Shown here one piece after another: positions 16,813 through 25,196 of a stretch of DNA of 58,727 nucleotides. Each line of letters starts with the position of its first letter. The stretch's first letter is position 1. This DNA is from a virus (taxonomy: Duplodnaviria; Caudoviricetes): IMG/VR virus record IMGVR_UViG_3300032287_001165, positions 1-58,727 of that record; one strand, given 5' to 3'. Under the pieces are notes generated by a model. It was not told where the DNA came from, did not search any database, and saw only the letters and a program-made list of their open reading frames with translations. Position numbers and translations under genes: made by a program.

Positions 16813-19244
16813 TTAGCAGGCTTCTCCTTTTGTTGGTTGAGTCGTTGTTGCATCTGCATTTGTTCGCGCTTGGTTTTGATGTCCCCCGCTTTACTGAATG
16901 CAGATATTTCGGCATTTTGTTTTTGCAACTTGAGCTGGCCAGCCTTGTTCATGGCATCCACTTCCAAACGTTTGTTCTCAAGTGCCAGCTTGCCTTCAAC
17001 CTCTTGCTGGCGCAGTGCCAACTCTTGTTGCTTGATCTGCAACTCTTGCTGCTGCATCTGAATGAGCGGGTCTTGCGCTTGCTGTTGAGCTTGCTGCTGC
17101 GCTGTCACCGCTTGACTTTGCTGGAGCACTTGCTGTGCCGCTTGAGCCATCATGCCCGACAACTGAATCTCCATCTCAGGCGGCAGCTTCTCATCTTCGG
17201 GAGGCAGTGGCATACCCAACTGTTGCTCAATCTTCTGACGGTAGGCGTAGCCAACGTGCTCGGCAACGTGCGCCATCATGGCTGCTTGAATCTGTGGAGC
17301 TTTGGGGTTCTGGCCAACCAACTGCATGACGATGGGGTCTTGCATCGCCATCATGTGCACTTTGATGTGGGACTCATGGTCTTGGTAGAAGAACGCCTTC
17401 AACGGCTCCATGCGCAACGCGGCCATGTTTTCAGACACGGGGTCTTTCGGTTTCTGGTCGTCAGGCAGGGGCACGAGCTTGTCGGCATCCTTGATACCCA
17501 GCACCGCCAACATCTGCCTGTGCAGCTGCGGCAAGTCGTAAATATCGGGAGCCATCTGCGCCATTTGGATCACAGCTTGGTACTGCACCACGCGCTGGCT
17601 CATGGTTGCTGCGTTGGGGTCGCTCACAGGGATGATGTCTACATGGTCGTAGTCAGCAGCCTTGGCTTTACGCGGCGCGTCGATGGGGTCGTAGTCGTAG
17701 ACGGGGTCAGTGAAGTCGCGGATGATCGCGGCCAACAGGCGCAGCTCTTGTTTGAATGTGTAGTGCAGACGGGCTTGAACCGCCGTCATCACCTTGAGTT
17801 GTCTCTCCAACAAAGCCAGTGTCGTGCCCACAGGCGCTTGGGCAGACATGTCCGACACCTTCATGTCGGCAGTCGCAGCAAACCTGCGGCCCTCCTCCAC
17901 AATCTTGTCCATCAGTCCAGACAAGACAATGCTTGGCTCCTTGTACGGCAGGGGCAGGATGCTGTCACGCAGTGCCCCAGACCCAATGTCTACGTCGCGC
18001 CATTCTCCGGGCGCGATTGGGGTGTCGTCACCTTTGATGCGCATGCCTCTGGACTTGAGGCCCCCGGGGAGGTTTGAGAGAGTACCTGCGTCAATAAGCT
18101 GGCGCATGAGACTCGTGGCCGATTTGGCATACCCTCCAATGAGATGGAATAAGCCGAAGCCGTAAGCTCCAAAACCCGGGATGTATTGATAGTGAACAAA
18201 GTGTTGTCGTTTAAGCTCAAGTGGATCGTCCTGTTCCCAGTTTCTACGGATGGCCAGAACATCGTTCGAGCCTTTGATTAGGGTAACTACGTATGGCCTT
18301 GTGATTTCTGTCGGCTCGCCGTCGTCACCTTTTGCTTCGTCGCCTTTGAGCACCAAGTCAACGTGGCACTCATACAGCGTGTAGCGTTCGTCGTTCAAGT
18401 CGGAGAACCCTGTCTCCTTGTCCTTGGCCTTCTTGATGTTGTCTTGTTCTTTGCCGGGGTCAGGCAACTCAATGTCGCGGTAAAAGCCTGCTTGCTGAAG
18501 CTTGACGATCTCGTTCTTTGTCTTGCGCATGACGTGCGTCAAGCGGTAGCAGGTATCCAAGTCGGTTGTGCCGTAAGGCAGGATGATGTCTTCTGCTGGG
18601 ACAAATATGGAAACTTGACGGCCAAGGTTCGGGTCGTAGTACACCTTTTTAAATGCTGAGCCGGTGGCTGGCAGGCTCCACAACATGCGCTCATGCTCAG
18701 GACGGAACTCGCGCATGACCTCCGTCAACTCGTAGTTCATGTCTTCTTGGACACGCACAGCAGCTTCTTGCTTGTCCGGTGTCTCCTTGCCCAGAATTTT
18801 TGTGCGCACCGGCCCTTGCGCGGGGAAGGTCTCAGTGATCGTCTCACTCTGGAAGCGCACCACGGCCTCGGTAATCATCGGGTGGAACACGCCAGAAGCG
18901 CCGTTCCACGGCTCAGTTCTTTCCTCGTACTGCAAGCCCAACAGCTTCAGTCCTTCTGTATACGCCTTCTCCCAGTCCTTGCGGGAGTTCTTGTCGTTCT
19001 CAATGTCTCCGGCCAACTCAGAGGCCATCGCCATGATTTCATCTTCGGGGAGCGTATCTGCCAAGTTCTCGTTGAACTCGTCGTCTTCACCATCTGGGCG
19101 AATGCTCAGTTCCAGATCGCCTACTTCAATATTGACTTCTTCGGGGTCAATGATCTCAATTTCAATCGGCGCTTCCTCTTGGGCAAGTTCCTCCATGCCC
19201 ACGGGGTTTTGGTACAGCGCTTTGTCTATGTTGGTGGCCATCAT
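16809..19244 (-). CDS. Portal protein
   Basis: 811 aa after TerL; SRKDWE, GSAFKKVY, YGFGL motifs; Gln-rich C-terminal coiled-coil (P22-like barrel). Confidence 0.9.
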   Translation of the reverse strand: MMATNIDKALYQNPVGMEELAQEEAPIEIEIIDPEEVNIEVGDLELSIRPDGEDDEFNENLADTLPEDEIMAMASELAGDIENDKNSRKDWEKAYTEGLKLLGLQYEERTEPWNGASGVFHPMITEAVVRFQSETITETFPAQGPVRTKILGKETPDKQEAAVRVQEDMNYELTEVMREFRPEHERMLWSLPATGSAFKKVYYDPNLGRQVSIFVPAEDIILPYGTTDLDTCYRLTHVMRKTKNEIVKLQQAGFYRDIELPDPGKEQDNIKKAKDKETGFSDLNDERYTLYECHVDLVLKGDEAKGDDGEPTEITRPYVVTLIKGSNDVLAIRRNWEQDDPLELKRQHFVHYQYIPGFGAYGFGLFHLIGGYAKSATSLMRQLIDAGTLSNLPGGLKSRGMRIKGDDTPIAPGEWRDVDIGSGALRDSILPLPYKEPSIVLSGLMDKIVEEGRRFAATADMKVSDMSAQAPVGTTLALLERQLKVMTAVQARLHYTFKQELRLLAAIIRDFTDPVYDYDPIDAPRKAKAADYDHVDIIPVSDPNAATMSQRVVQYQAVIQMAQMAPDIYDLPQLHRQMLAVLGIKDADKLVPLPDDQKPKDPVSENMAALRMEPLKAFFYQDHESHIKVHMMAMQDPIVMQLVGQNPKAPQIQAAMMAHVAEHVGYAYRQKIEQQLGMPLPPEDEKLPPEMEIQLSGMMAQAAQQVLQQSQAVTAQQQAQQQAQDPLIQMQQQELQIKQQELALRQQEVEGKLALENKRLEVDAMNKAGQLKLQKQNAEISAFSKAGDIKTKREQMQMQQRLNQQKEKPAK

Positions 19245-19250
19245 TTATCC

Positions 19251-20789
19251 TCAGTAGTACGCCGCAGTCCGGCGCTTAAAAAATCGTGGTTCGTCTGGTT
19301 CATCCGTGTCGATACGGATGAAGCCGCCTTGTCTGACTCGAAGCAGTGCTTGTGTTGTTGTGTCAACGTAGTCGTCATTCTCTCCGACTGGGAAAGCTGC
19401 AACTTCTTCAATCACTTCGCGTGCCCAGCGTGTGTCTGGTGCCCACACCAGTCCAGATGCAAACATGTCGGCCACGGCGTTGACACGTACCATCTTATCG
19501 TTTCCACGGCTCGGTGTAAATTCTTGTACAGGGATGCCCATGTTGCGCAACTCTTGGATCAACGGGCCACCAGCGGCTTTCTTCTCCACGATGAACGCGT
19601 CCGGCTCCCACTCACGCCACTGCTTGAATGCGACTTGTTTCAACTCGGGGAACGCCATCCTGTCCTTGAACGCGTCAAGCAATATGACCTGCGCTTGGCT
19701 GTTCTCCTCTTCGTTGTAGAACACACCCCACGTTGTGCACGCGCTGTAGTCAGATGTGCTCTTTGTCTCGTGCGCCGTGTCCCAGCTCTGGATGATGTAC
19801 TCGCAGTCAGGCGGTGTGTCGCTTGGCCAGATTCTCCAATGCTTTCGGGCAATGATGGCGGCTGTATCCGATGTGGGCTGCTGCATGTACTGCGCGTTCC
19901 AGTACCGAGGATCCATCGACGACTTGGCTGACTTTAAAGCGGAGAGCGGCCACTGCTCCGGCCAGAGCGACTTCTCGTTGTCCGTGCCCTCGTGCAGGAT
20001 GGCTGGCAGCTCCACGATCTCCCATGTGGGGGAGTCAGGGTTCTTGACTTGGTAGTCGATCAGCCGTCCGGTCAAGTCCAACTTCCCCCAGCGCGTCATG
20101 ATGACAATGATCGCCCCGCCCGGCATCAATCGCTGCAACGGGCCGGTCTGAAACCAAGACCACGCCGTGTCAAACGCCAGTCGGCTGTTGGCCTTTACGT
20201 CCTGTTCCGAATGTGGGTCGTCAATGACAAACAGATCAGCACCGCGACCGGCAAGAGCACCACCAACACCAGCCGCATAGTACTGACCGCCAGCCGCAGT
20301 GCTCCATTTGCCAGCAGCTTTTTGGTCGTCTGCCACAAGGGTTTGGGGAAAAAGTTCATGGTATTGCTCGTCGTCCAGTAAGTTTCTGACTCTGCGTCCG
20401 AAGTCCTCAGACAAAGAGGCCGTGTGCGTTCCCATGATGATCTTCTTGTCTGGGAAGTTGCCAAGGAAGAAAGCGGGGAACAGGTAGGAGGAGAACTCCG
20501 ACTTACCCATACGCGGCGCGATGTTGACAATCACCCGCTTCTTTTTCCCCGCAATCACATCTTGGAATATCTTGGCCAGCTTCCTGTGGTGTGGCCCCAC
20601 TTTGAACCCGGGGTAGACATGCTTGGCAAACTCAATCATGTCCGTGCGGCCAGCCACCAGCTTGTACCGCTTCTCGCGCTCCTCCAACATGTCCATCAGC
20701 TCCACCTTTTCCTGCAAAGTCATGGTGGGCAGGGCTTTTTGGATAGCCTGAATTTCAGTCGGGCTGAGCGTCAGGTTGCTGAGTTTCAT
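19251..20789 (-). CDS. terL: Terminase large subunit
   Basis: APRMGKS Walker A, LFVIDDP Walker B, QSWDTA and DDYVD nuclease motifs. Confidence 0.95.
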   Translation of the reverse strand: MKLSNLTLSPTEIQAIQKALPTMTLQEKVELMDMLEEREKRYKLVAGRTDMIEFAKHVYPGFKVGPHHRKLAKIFQDVIAGKKKRVIVNIAPRMGKSEFSSYLFPAFFLGNFPDKKIIMGTHTASLSEDFGRRVRNLLDDEQYHELFPQTLVADDQKAAGKWSTAAGGQYYAAGVGGALAGRGADLFVIDDPHSEQDVKANSRLAFDTAWSWFQTGPLQRLMPGGAIIVIMTRWGKLDLTGRLIDYQVKNPDSPTWEIVELPAILHEGTDNEKSLWPEQWPLSALKSAKSSMDPRYWNAQYMQQPTSDTAAIIARKHWRIWPSDTPPDCEYIIQSWDTAHETKSTSDYSACTTWGVFYNEEENSQAQVILLDAFKDRMAFPELKQVAFKQWREWEPDAFIVEKKAAGGPLIQELRNMGIPVQEFTPSRGNDKMVRVNAVADMFASGLVWAPDTRWAREVIEEVAAFPVGENDDYVDTTTQALLRVRQGGFIRIDTDEPDEPRFFKRRTAAYY

Positions 20790-21369
20790 CGGTGGTTTCT
20801 GGTGTGTTTATTTCTATGTCCTCAATAGGTTCAGCGTCGGTCACGCCCATGAACTTGGCCAACTTCTCCTTGAGTTTCTTGTCGATTTCCTCGTCGGTGA
20901 GGTCTGTCTTCTTGACCTCGATCTTGTCTGTGAACAGCCCGACTTCCGTGACTTTGCCCAGCAGGCCCAGTGCTTTCAGGCGGATATTGGCGTTGGGGGA
21001 CTGGGTTTCCTCAAACAGTTTGGCCACCGTGTACCCACGGAGTTCCTTGGCCATGGCCACAAACTCCCAGTCATATGCAGTCAGCATGCCCGTGATGTGC
21101 CGCACCGCCGCCGGGGTCTTGAGCTGGAGCAGTTTTGTTTTCTGGTCGTGGGGGTCTTGGTCAGCAATGACCACTTTGAATGCTTCGCGGGCTGCCGCCG
21201 TCTGGGCTTGGGCGCTGACCTCATCATCTGGCGTGGCCCCGAGTTCTTCTAACCACTCGGCTGTGGCAATTTGCGCCGACAGGAGATCCGCTGTATCTAC
21301 AGCATCAATCGTTACGAAATCTTCCAGACCGGCGTCGTCTGGTGAAAATTGCACCAAATGCTCCAACAT
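20755..21369 (-). CDS. terS: Probable terminase small subunit
   Basis: Upstream of and overlapping terL; RLKALGLLGK..GLF helical motif. Confidence 0.65.
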   Translation of the reverse strand: MLEHLVQFSPDDAGLEDFVTIDAVDTADLLSAQIATAEWLEELGATPDDEVSAQAQTAAAREAFKVVIADQDPHDQKTKLLQLKTPAAVRHITGMLTAYDWEFVAMAKELRGYTVAKLFEETQSPNANIRLKALGLLGKVTEVGLFTDKIEVKKTDLTDEEIDKKLKEKLAKFMGVTDAEPIEDIEINTPETTDETQQPDAQPD

Positions 21370-21414
21370 TTTGATTGCTGTGTTTTTTCACAGGGTTGTT
21401 GCGCGTTGGGGTGC

Positions 21415-21444
21415 AGTGTACACTTATTCCCAGCAGTTGCGCAA
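21415..21444 (-). promoter_or_regulatory. Putative late-arm promoter TTGCGC-N18-TACACT
   Basis: Sigma70-like elements about 45 bp upstream of terS. Confidence 0.45.
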
Positions 21445-21515
21445 GCACTTGCTCTCTCCTCAGTTGTGACCCAACTGTTAACACCCCTCGTCAGCAATGC
21501 CGGGGGGTTTTTTTT
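21431..21515 (+). ncRNA. Candidate ~85-nt sRNA with CUCUCUCCU seed
   Basis: TTGTTG-N17-TACACT upstream; CAGTTG/CAACTG hairpin; own terminator; no ORF. Confidence 0.35.
21484..21515 (+). terminator. Intrinsic terminator
   Basis: CCCCTCG...CGGGGGG followed by T8. Confidence 0.7.
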
Positions 21516-21524
21516 ACATGAGAC

Positions 21525-21540
21525 TGTCCATCGTTTGACA
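21525..21540. promoter_or_regulatory. TGTC-N8-GACA operator-like site
   Basis: TGTCCATCGTTTGACA resembles 27812-27827 and 39078-39093. Confidence 0.35.
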
Positions 21541-21724
21541 CAGGTTATTTTGAATTTTTATAAAATTTTGGGGTGTAGGGGATAAGTATTACAGGAATAC
21601 TCGAAGCGGGTGGGGAATAGTGTTCACGACCAAGTGGGTCATCGCTGCCCACAAGGGGTGGTGGGGGTATGGTGGGGTCTAAGGTATTACGATTTTTCAT
21701 GTCAAGGGTATTGTGAAACTCGTT

Positions 21725-21735
21725 TGTGCTATAAT
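21725..21735 (+). promoter_or_regulatory. Early promoter, extended -10 (TGTGCTATAAT)
   Basis: Perfect TGn-TATAAT upstream of first plus-strand gene. Confidence 0.65.
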
Positions 21736-21771
21736 AGATTTATCGATTGGGGGAACTCAGTCGGTCTGTCG

Positions 21772-21798
21772 CCCCGCCAGTTGCGGGGTTTTTCTTTT
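21772..21798 (+). terminator. Terminator-like hairpin in early leader
   Basis: CCCCGC-CAGTT-GCGGGG-TTTTTCTTTT directly before the GGAG RBS. Confidence 0.5.
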
Positions 21799-21810
21799 GG
21801 AGAGCTAACT

Positions 21811-22203
21811 ATGAAACTCGCAACTTACATCAACCCACGCACATATCGTGCAATCGTGCCTACTCTGAAACTCGCAGACATTGAGTCTGCCAGTTTGCTT
21901 GATGTCCTACTCAACAATGGTGTAGGCACACGCAAGGATGCAGTGCCTTATGTCGTGTTCTATGTGACGCAACTGCCCAATGTCACACGCAAGCCTTACG
22001 AGGGTCAGCGGGGTTGGACATTCGGGCGAGGTACTGCTGAGCAGAAACGCACAGACAGGATTCTTGACAACATCTTTGTGGATGTGAACGCAGACGCAAA
22101 GAAACCAAAGGCAAGCAAGAAGAAAGACAAGGTTGCTCGTCTTGTGTCAGCGTATGAGGCAATGACTGCGGCTGAGAAGCGCCGCTTCTTGGCTTCAATC
22201 TGA
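21811..22203 (+). CDS. First early gene, hypothetical (MKLATYINP...)
   Basis: GGAGAG RBS supports start 21811; basic C-terminus. Confidence 0.75.
   Translation: MKLATYINPRTYRAIVPTLKLADIESASLLDVLLNNGVGTRKDAVPYVVFYVTQLPNVTRKPYEGQRGWTFGRGTAEQKRTDRILDNIFVDVNADAKKPKASKKKDKVARLVSAYEAMTAAEKRRFLASI
21869..21895. repeat. 27-bp palindrome copy 1
   Basis: AACTCGCAGAC-ATTGA-GTCTGCCAGTT (inside CDS). Confidence 0.85.
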
Positions 22204-22230
22204 AACTGGCAGACATCTTGTCTGCGAGTT
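22204..22230. repeat. 27-bp palindrome copy 2
   Basis: AACTGGCAGAC-ATCTT-GTCTGCGAGTT. Confidence 0.9.
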
Positions 22231-22237
22231 TTTTCAA

Positions 22238-22277
22238 AGCGGTGTGGATGTCTCGTCCCACCGCTGTTCTTTTCTTT
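22238..22277 (+). terminator. Terminator-like hairpin
   Basis: AGCGGTG...CACCGCT followed by GTTCTTTTCTTT. Confidence 0.5.
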
Positions 22278-22303
22278 GTCAACCAACTTAACTGGAAAGC
22301 ATC

Positions 22304-22438
22304 ATGACACAACACTACCTGCGACTCTTAACCCTTCAAGACTACTGTTTCCGCACGAACAAACGCCGTTGGGCTAAAGCCATTGGCAAAGAACTCAAGG
22401 CGTTCCTGCTCGACAACCCATCCTTCCGCAACTACTAA
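22304..22438 (+). CDS. Early microprotein, 44 aa (MTQHYLRLL...)
   Basis: GGAAAGCATCATG start context shared with neighbours. Confidence 0.6.
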   Translation: MTQHYLRLLTLQDYCFRTNKRRWAKAIGKELKAFLLDNPSFRNY

Positions 22439-22455
22439 ACCCAAGGAAAGTCATC

Positions 22456-22563
22456 ATGACCAAGTCTCAACTCAAAGAAATCCGCCAAATCCTCGCGCAT
22501 GAATACCGCACGGCTATCGCCTGCAAGCGCACATTCACACCCATCTGGTATCTGTTCGTCTGA
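22456..22563 (+). CDS. Early microprotein, 35 aa (MTKSQLKEIR...)
   Basis: AAGGAAAGTCATCATG RBS. Confidence 0.6.
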   Translation: MTKSQLKEIRQILAHEYRTAIACKRTFTPIWYLFV

Positions 22564-22573
22564 AAGGAAAGCC

Positions 22574-22741
22574 ATGAAACCCGCAATCAAAGCCAAACTC
22601 AGCGCCCTCAAAGCCCAACTCAAACAAGACGAGGAACTCAGGCGCAAAGACCCACGGCGTGCCGAAGCACTGCGACAAGCGCGGTGGCAAGAGGAATGGA
22701 AAGAGATAAAAGCTCAGTGCACACAGCTCAAACTCCTCTGA
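22574..22741 (+). CDS. Early microprotein, 55 aa (MKPAIKAKL...)
   Basis: AAGGAAAGCCATG RBS. Confidence 0.65.
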   Translation: MKPAIKAKLSALKAQLKQDEELRRKDPRRAEALRQARWQEEWKEIKAQCTQLKLL

Positions 22742-22749
22742 AACCCCTC

Positions 22750-22776
22750 AACTCGCAGACATTTTGTCTGCGAGTT
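22750..22776. repeat. 27-bp palindrome copy 3
   Basis: AACTCGCAGAC-ATTTT-GTCTGCGAGTT. Confidence 0.9.
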
Positions 22777-22813
22777 CTCATACTACTTCCTTCTACTGTG
22801 TTTTTATACAGTA

Positions 22814-23135
22814 GTGGGTATCATACCCACCATTTTTCGCGTCTGGACACACTACTGGGTGCGAAATTTTTCCAGCGCTGGCGGGAGTTCTTGCGTTGTC
22901 CAGCCCACAATACCTATATATATATAAGAGATAAAAAGATAAATATATATATATATGGGTGAGTGGGTATGGTTTTTCTTGAAAAAAAGAAAAAAGGTTT
23001 TGGTTCCTCCAAAATCAGATAGGTATCGAGGGATGGAATGGTAGAATTCTCAGCATTCACGGGCACAAACACCTCACCCACCAGTGTGTCCGCACTCGAA
23101 AAATGGTGGGTATGGTCGAGCAACAAGTGGGTATC
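22814..23135. other. Putative replication origin
   Basis: 40-bp inverted repeat (22822-22861/23075-23114, 35/40 identical), GTGGGTAT repeats, central (TA)n and A-rich core, non-coding. Confidence 0.55.
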
Positions 23136-23161
23136 TCCCACTAAAATGAAAGGTCTTTCTC

Positions 23162-23800
23162 ATGCAAAAGGACTACAAAAAATGCGCCAAATGCGGGGTC
23201 GAAAAGCCCCTCCCACAATTCAACCGCCGACTGTCTCGTGCACAAATGCACGCACGAGGTATGAAAGGTGCCGTGCTGATGACCATCAGCTCAAAGAACT
23301 GCAAGGACTGCCAACCCAAACGCAAGCCCCCGCGCAAGCAGACACCCCGACAACTGCACAACATGGTGGCAAGTGGTGACATCAGTGAGCTGAAAGCCAA
23401 GCTGATATTGGAGGAACGCGAACGGGTCGCGCGGCTCATGATGAGCAAGGCGAGATATGAGGGGTGGGTTGACCAGTGGCGCAGAGGTTTAATGGCGGTG
23501 CTCAAGCCCATGACATACGAGATTCAGAAGGTGCGGGCGCAGAGACGATACGCGCATGAGGTGGGCAACGATGTCTACGCTGGTCTGCTGGAGAAGTACG
23601 AGTCGGTGCTCAAACGGGAGGTCAACCGCATCATGCTCGACTTCGAGGCAGACCCGCACAAGTACAAAAGCATTAAAGAAAACTGGTGGGACTTGGTGTC
23701 CGACTTCGGACTTGAGTCTCTGCGTGACAGGTGGATAACAACACAGAAGGAGGTGACAGGCAACATGAAAGTGCCCGAGCTGTTGGCTCGGCGTAAGTAA
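23162..23800 (+). CDS. Zn-finger protein (CAKC...CKDC)
   Basis: 212 aa; two CxxC pairs; AAAGG RBS. Confidence 0.75.
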   Translation: MQKDYKKCAKCGVEKPLPQFNRRLSRAQMHARGMKGAVLMTISSKNCKDCQPKRKPPRKQTPRQLHNMVASGDISELKAKLILEERERVARLMMSKARYEGWVDQWRRGLMAVLKPMTYEIQKVRAQRRYAHEVGNDVYAGLLEKYESVLKREVNRIMLDFEADPHKYKSIKENWWDLVSDFGLESLRDRWITTQKEVTGNMKVPELLARRK

Positions 23801-23825
23801 CTGGCAGACAAGATGTCTGCCAGTT
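23799..23825. repeat. 27-bp palindrome copy 4
   Basis: AACTGGCAGAC-AAGAT-GTCTGCCAGTT. Confidence 0.9.
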
Positions 23826-23851
23826 TGTATAAACAACTTTGGGAGAAGTAA

Positions 23852-24061
23852 ATGAAAAGAGAACCGCACAGCAAATACACATTTGCCATCACCGACTGCA
23901 AACTGCTAGTCATATGGAATGACGGCAAGGTTGAGGACTTGTCCCCCACTTTGCCTGACTACCTGCGTGAGGAGATTGAACGCTATCTTGATGAGATGGA
24001 TGACTTACGCACAGAAAGACCTGAGGAATACTTGATGGTAAACAAGGGAGAAGTGAGATGA
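23852..24061 (+). CDS. Hypothetical early protein
   Basis: GGAG RBS; ATGA coupling. Confidence 0.7.
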   Translation: MKREPHSKYTFAITDCKLLVIWNDGKVEDLSPTLPDYLREEIERYLDEMDDLRTERPEEYLMVNKGEVR

Positions 24062-24255
24062 ATGTGTACAAGATAACTGTTGACATGTGGGTGGTGGGCG
24101 ACGATGAAGCTAACGCCCTCGACAACGCGATAGGTGAGTTGGACTACCTGATGGGGTTTGATGCGGTTGACTTAAAGGTGCTCGGCTATGAGCACCCGCA
24201 ATACGCCGTGTTTGACGCGGAAGCAACTAAAAAGAACAAGGAGGTATGGGAATGA
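24058..24255 (+). CDS. Hypothetical acidic early protein
   Basis: ATGA overlaps at both ends. Confidence 0.7.
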   Translation: MNVYKITVDMWVVGDDEANALDNAIGELDYLMGFDAVDLKVLGYEHPQYAVFDAEATKKNKEVWE

Positions 24256-24431
24256 ATAATGACTTGTTTGCGTTGCCGTTCCATGAGTACATGGCGCGGC
24301 GTACCAAGTTTGCGGTGGACAGGATGCAGAGGGACAACCTGATTGACCCTGTCTACGCAAGCATTGCGTTGCTCCAAGCGATGTGGGCGCGGGAGTATTG
24401 GTTCAAGAAAAACGAGGAGGTAACAGAATGA
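24252..24431 (+). CDS. Hypothetical early protein
   Basis: GGAGG RBS, ATGA overlaps. Confidence 0.65.
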   Translation: MNNDLFALPFHEYMARRTKFAVDRMQRDNLIDPVYASIALLQAMWAREYWFKKNEEVTE

Positions 24432-24703
24432 AAGCTAAATGGAGACACGACTGCGACAAGTGTCGCTTCTTGGGCGGTATGTTCATGCCGCATGGGTCGA
24501 TGGACTGGTATGTGTGCGGGACAACCGACCGCACAATTTTGGCTAGGTTCAGCGACGAGGGTGCGGACTACTGGTCAAGGGACATACGCCATCTGGGTGA
24601 CGAGTACCGCACAGCCACAGAGTGGGGCACAGATTACAAGGGCTTCACGGGTATGAACCTACTGGCTGAGTTCATGTTGAAGACAGAGGAGGAAGCAACA
24701 TGA
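24428..24703 (+). CDS. Hypothetical early protein (HDCDKC motif)
   Basis: GGAGG RBS; start at 24428. Confidence 0.7.
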   Translation: MKAKWRHDCDKCRFLGGMFMPHGSMDWYVCGTTDRTILARFSDEGADYWSRDIRHLGDEYRTATEWGTDYKGFTGMNLLAEFMLKTEEEAT

Positions 24704-24870
24704 AACGATACAAAGGAGTGGTGGTATTTACATACTACAAGGAGGTTGAAGTGGAAGCCGAGGATGAAGACCAAGCGCACAGTCTTATGTATGACGCCTT
24801 TGAGCGTAGCAACGCATACGGAGAGAGTGAGATTCAAGACTTTAAAGAAATAACAGGAGAAACAACATGA
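24700..24870 (+). CDS. Small acidic protein, 56 aa (MKRYKGVVVF...VEVEAEDEDQA)
   Basis: GGAGG RBS, ATGA overlaps; not in ORF track. Confidence 0.7.
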   Translation: MKRYKGVVVFTYYKEVEVEAEDEDQAHSLMYDAFERSNAYGESEIQDFKEITGETT

Positions 24871-25094
24871 CACACAAACAAATAACCTTAACAGCGGAAC
24901 AAGCAGAGGCATTGTTCATCGCCATACAGGGGCACATCTACAGAAGGGCGGGGGGAAATGCGCGCGAGTATGTGGACTCACGCTATGAAGAACAGGATGA
25001 GGCGTGGCGCAATGTGAAGATAGGCGAGATACAACGCCGTTTCGATGTACTTAACCAAGTGCGTGAGAAGTTAACAACTGTGTACACCGCATAA
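24867..25094 (+). CDS. Hypothetical early protein
   Basis: AGGAG RBS. Confidence 0.7.
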   Translation: MTHKQITLTAEQAEALFIAIQGHIYRRAGGNAREYVDSRYEEQDEAWRNVKIGEIQRRFDVLNQVREKLTTVYTA

Positions 25095-25118
25095 CAACGG
25101 GAACACTCATCGTAGAAA

Positions 25119-25145
25119 AACTGGCAGACATGGTGTCTGCGAGTT
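25119..25145. repeat. 27-bp palindrome copy 5
   Basis: AACTGGCAGAC-ATGGT-GTCTGCGAGTT. Confidence 0.9.
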
Positions 25146-25196
25146 GCGTCGTTGGTGCGCTTCACCAACAAATCCGTAAACCAAAGGAAAGCAATC

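Noticed and set aside
16794-19931. Long plus-strand ORFs (427 and 412 aa)
   Set aside because: Antisense shadows of portal/terL with Leu/His/Val-rich codon-mirror composition and no motifs
21610-21810. N-terminal extension of the first early ORF (track start 21610)
   Set aside because: Overlaps the promoter and leader; the RBS supports ATG 21811
22822-23114. MITE or IS remnant
   Set aside because: No transposase or evident target-site duplication; AT core and octamers fit an origin better
21869-25145. 27-bp palindromes as a CRISPR array
   Set aside because: Spacing is 0.3-1.3 kb with genes between copies; no cas operon
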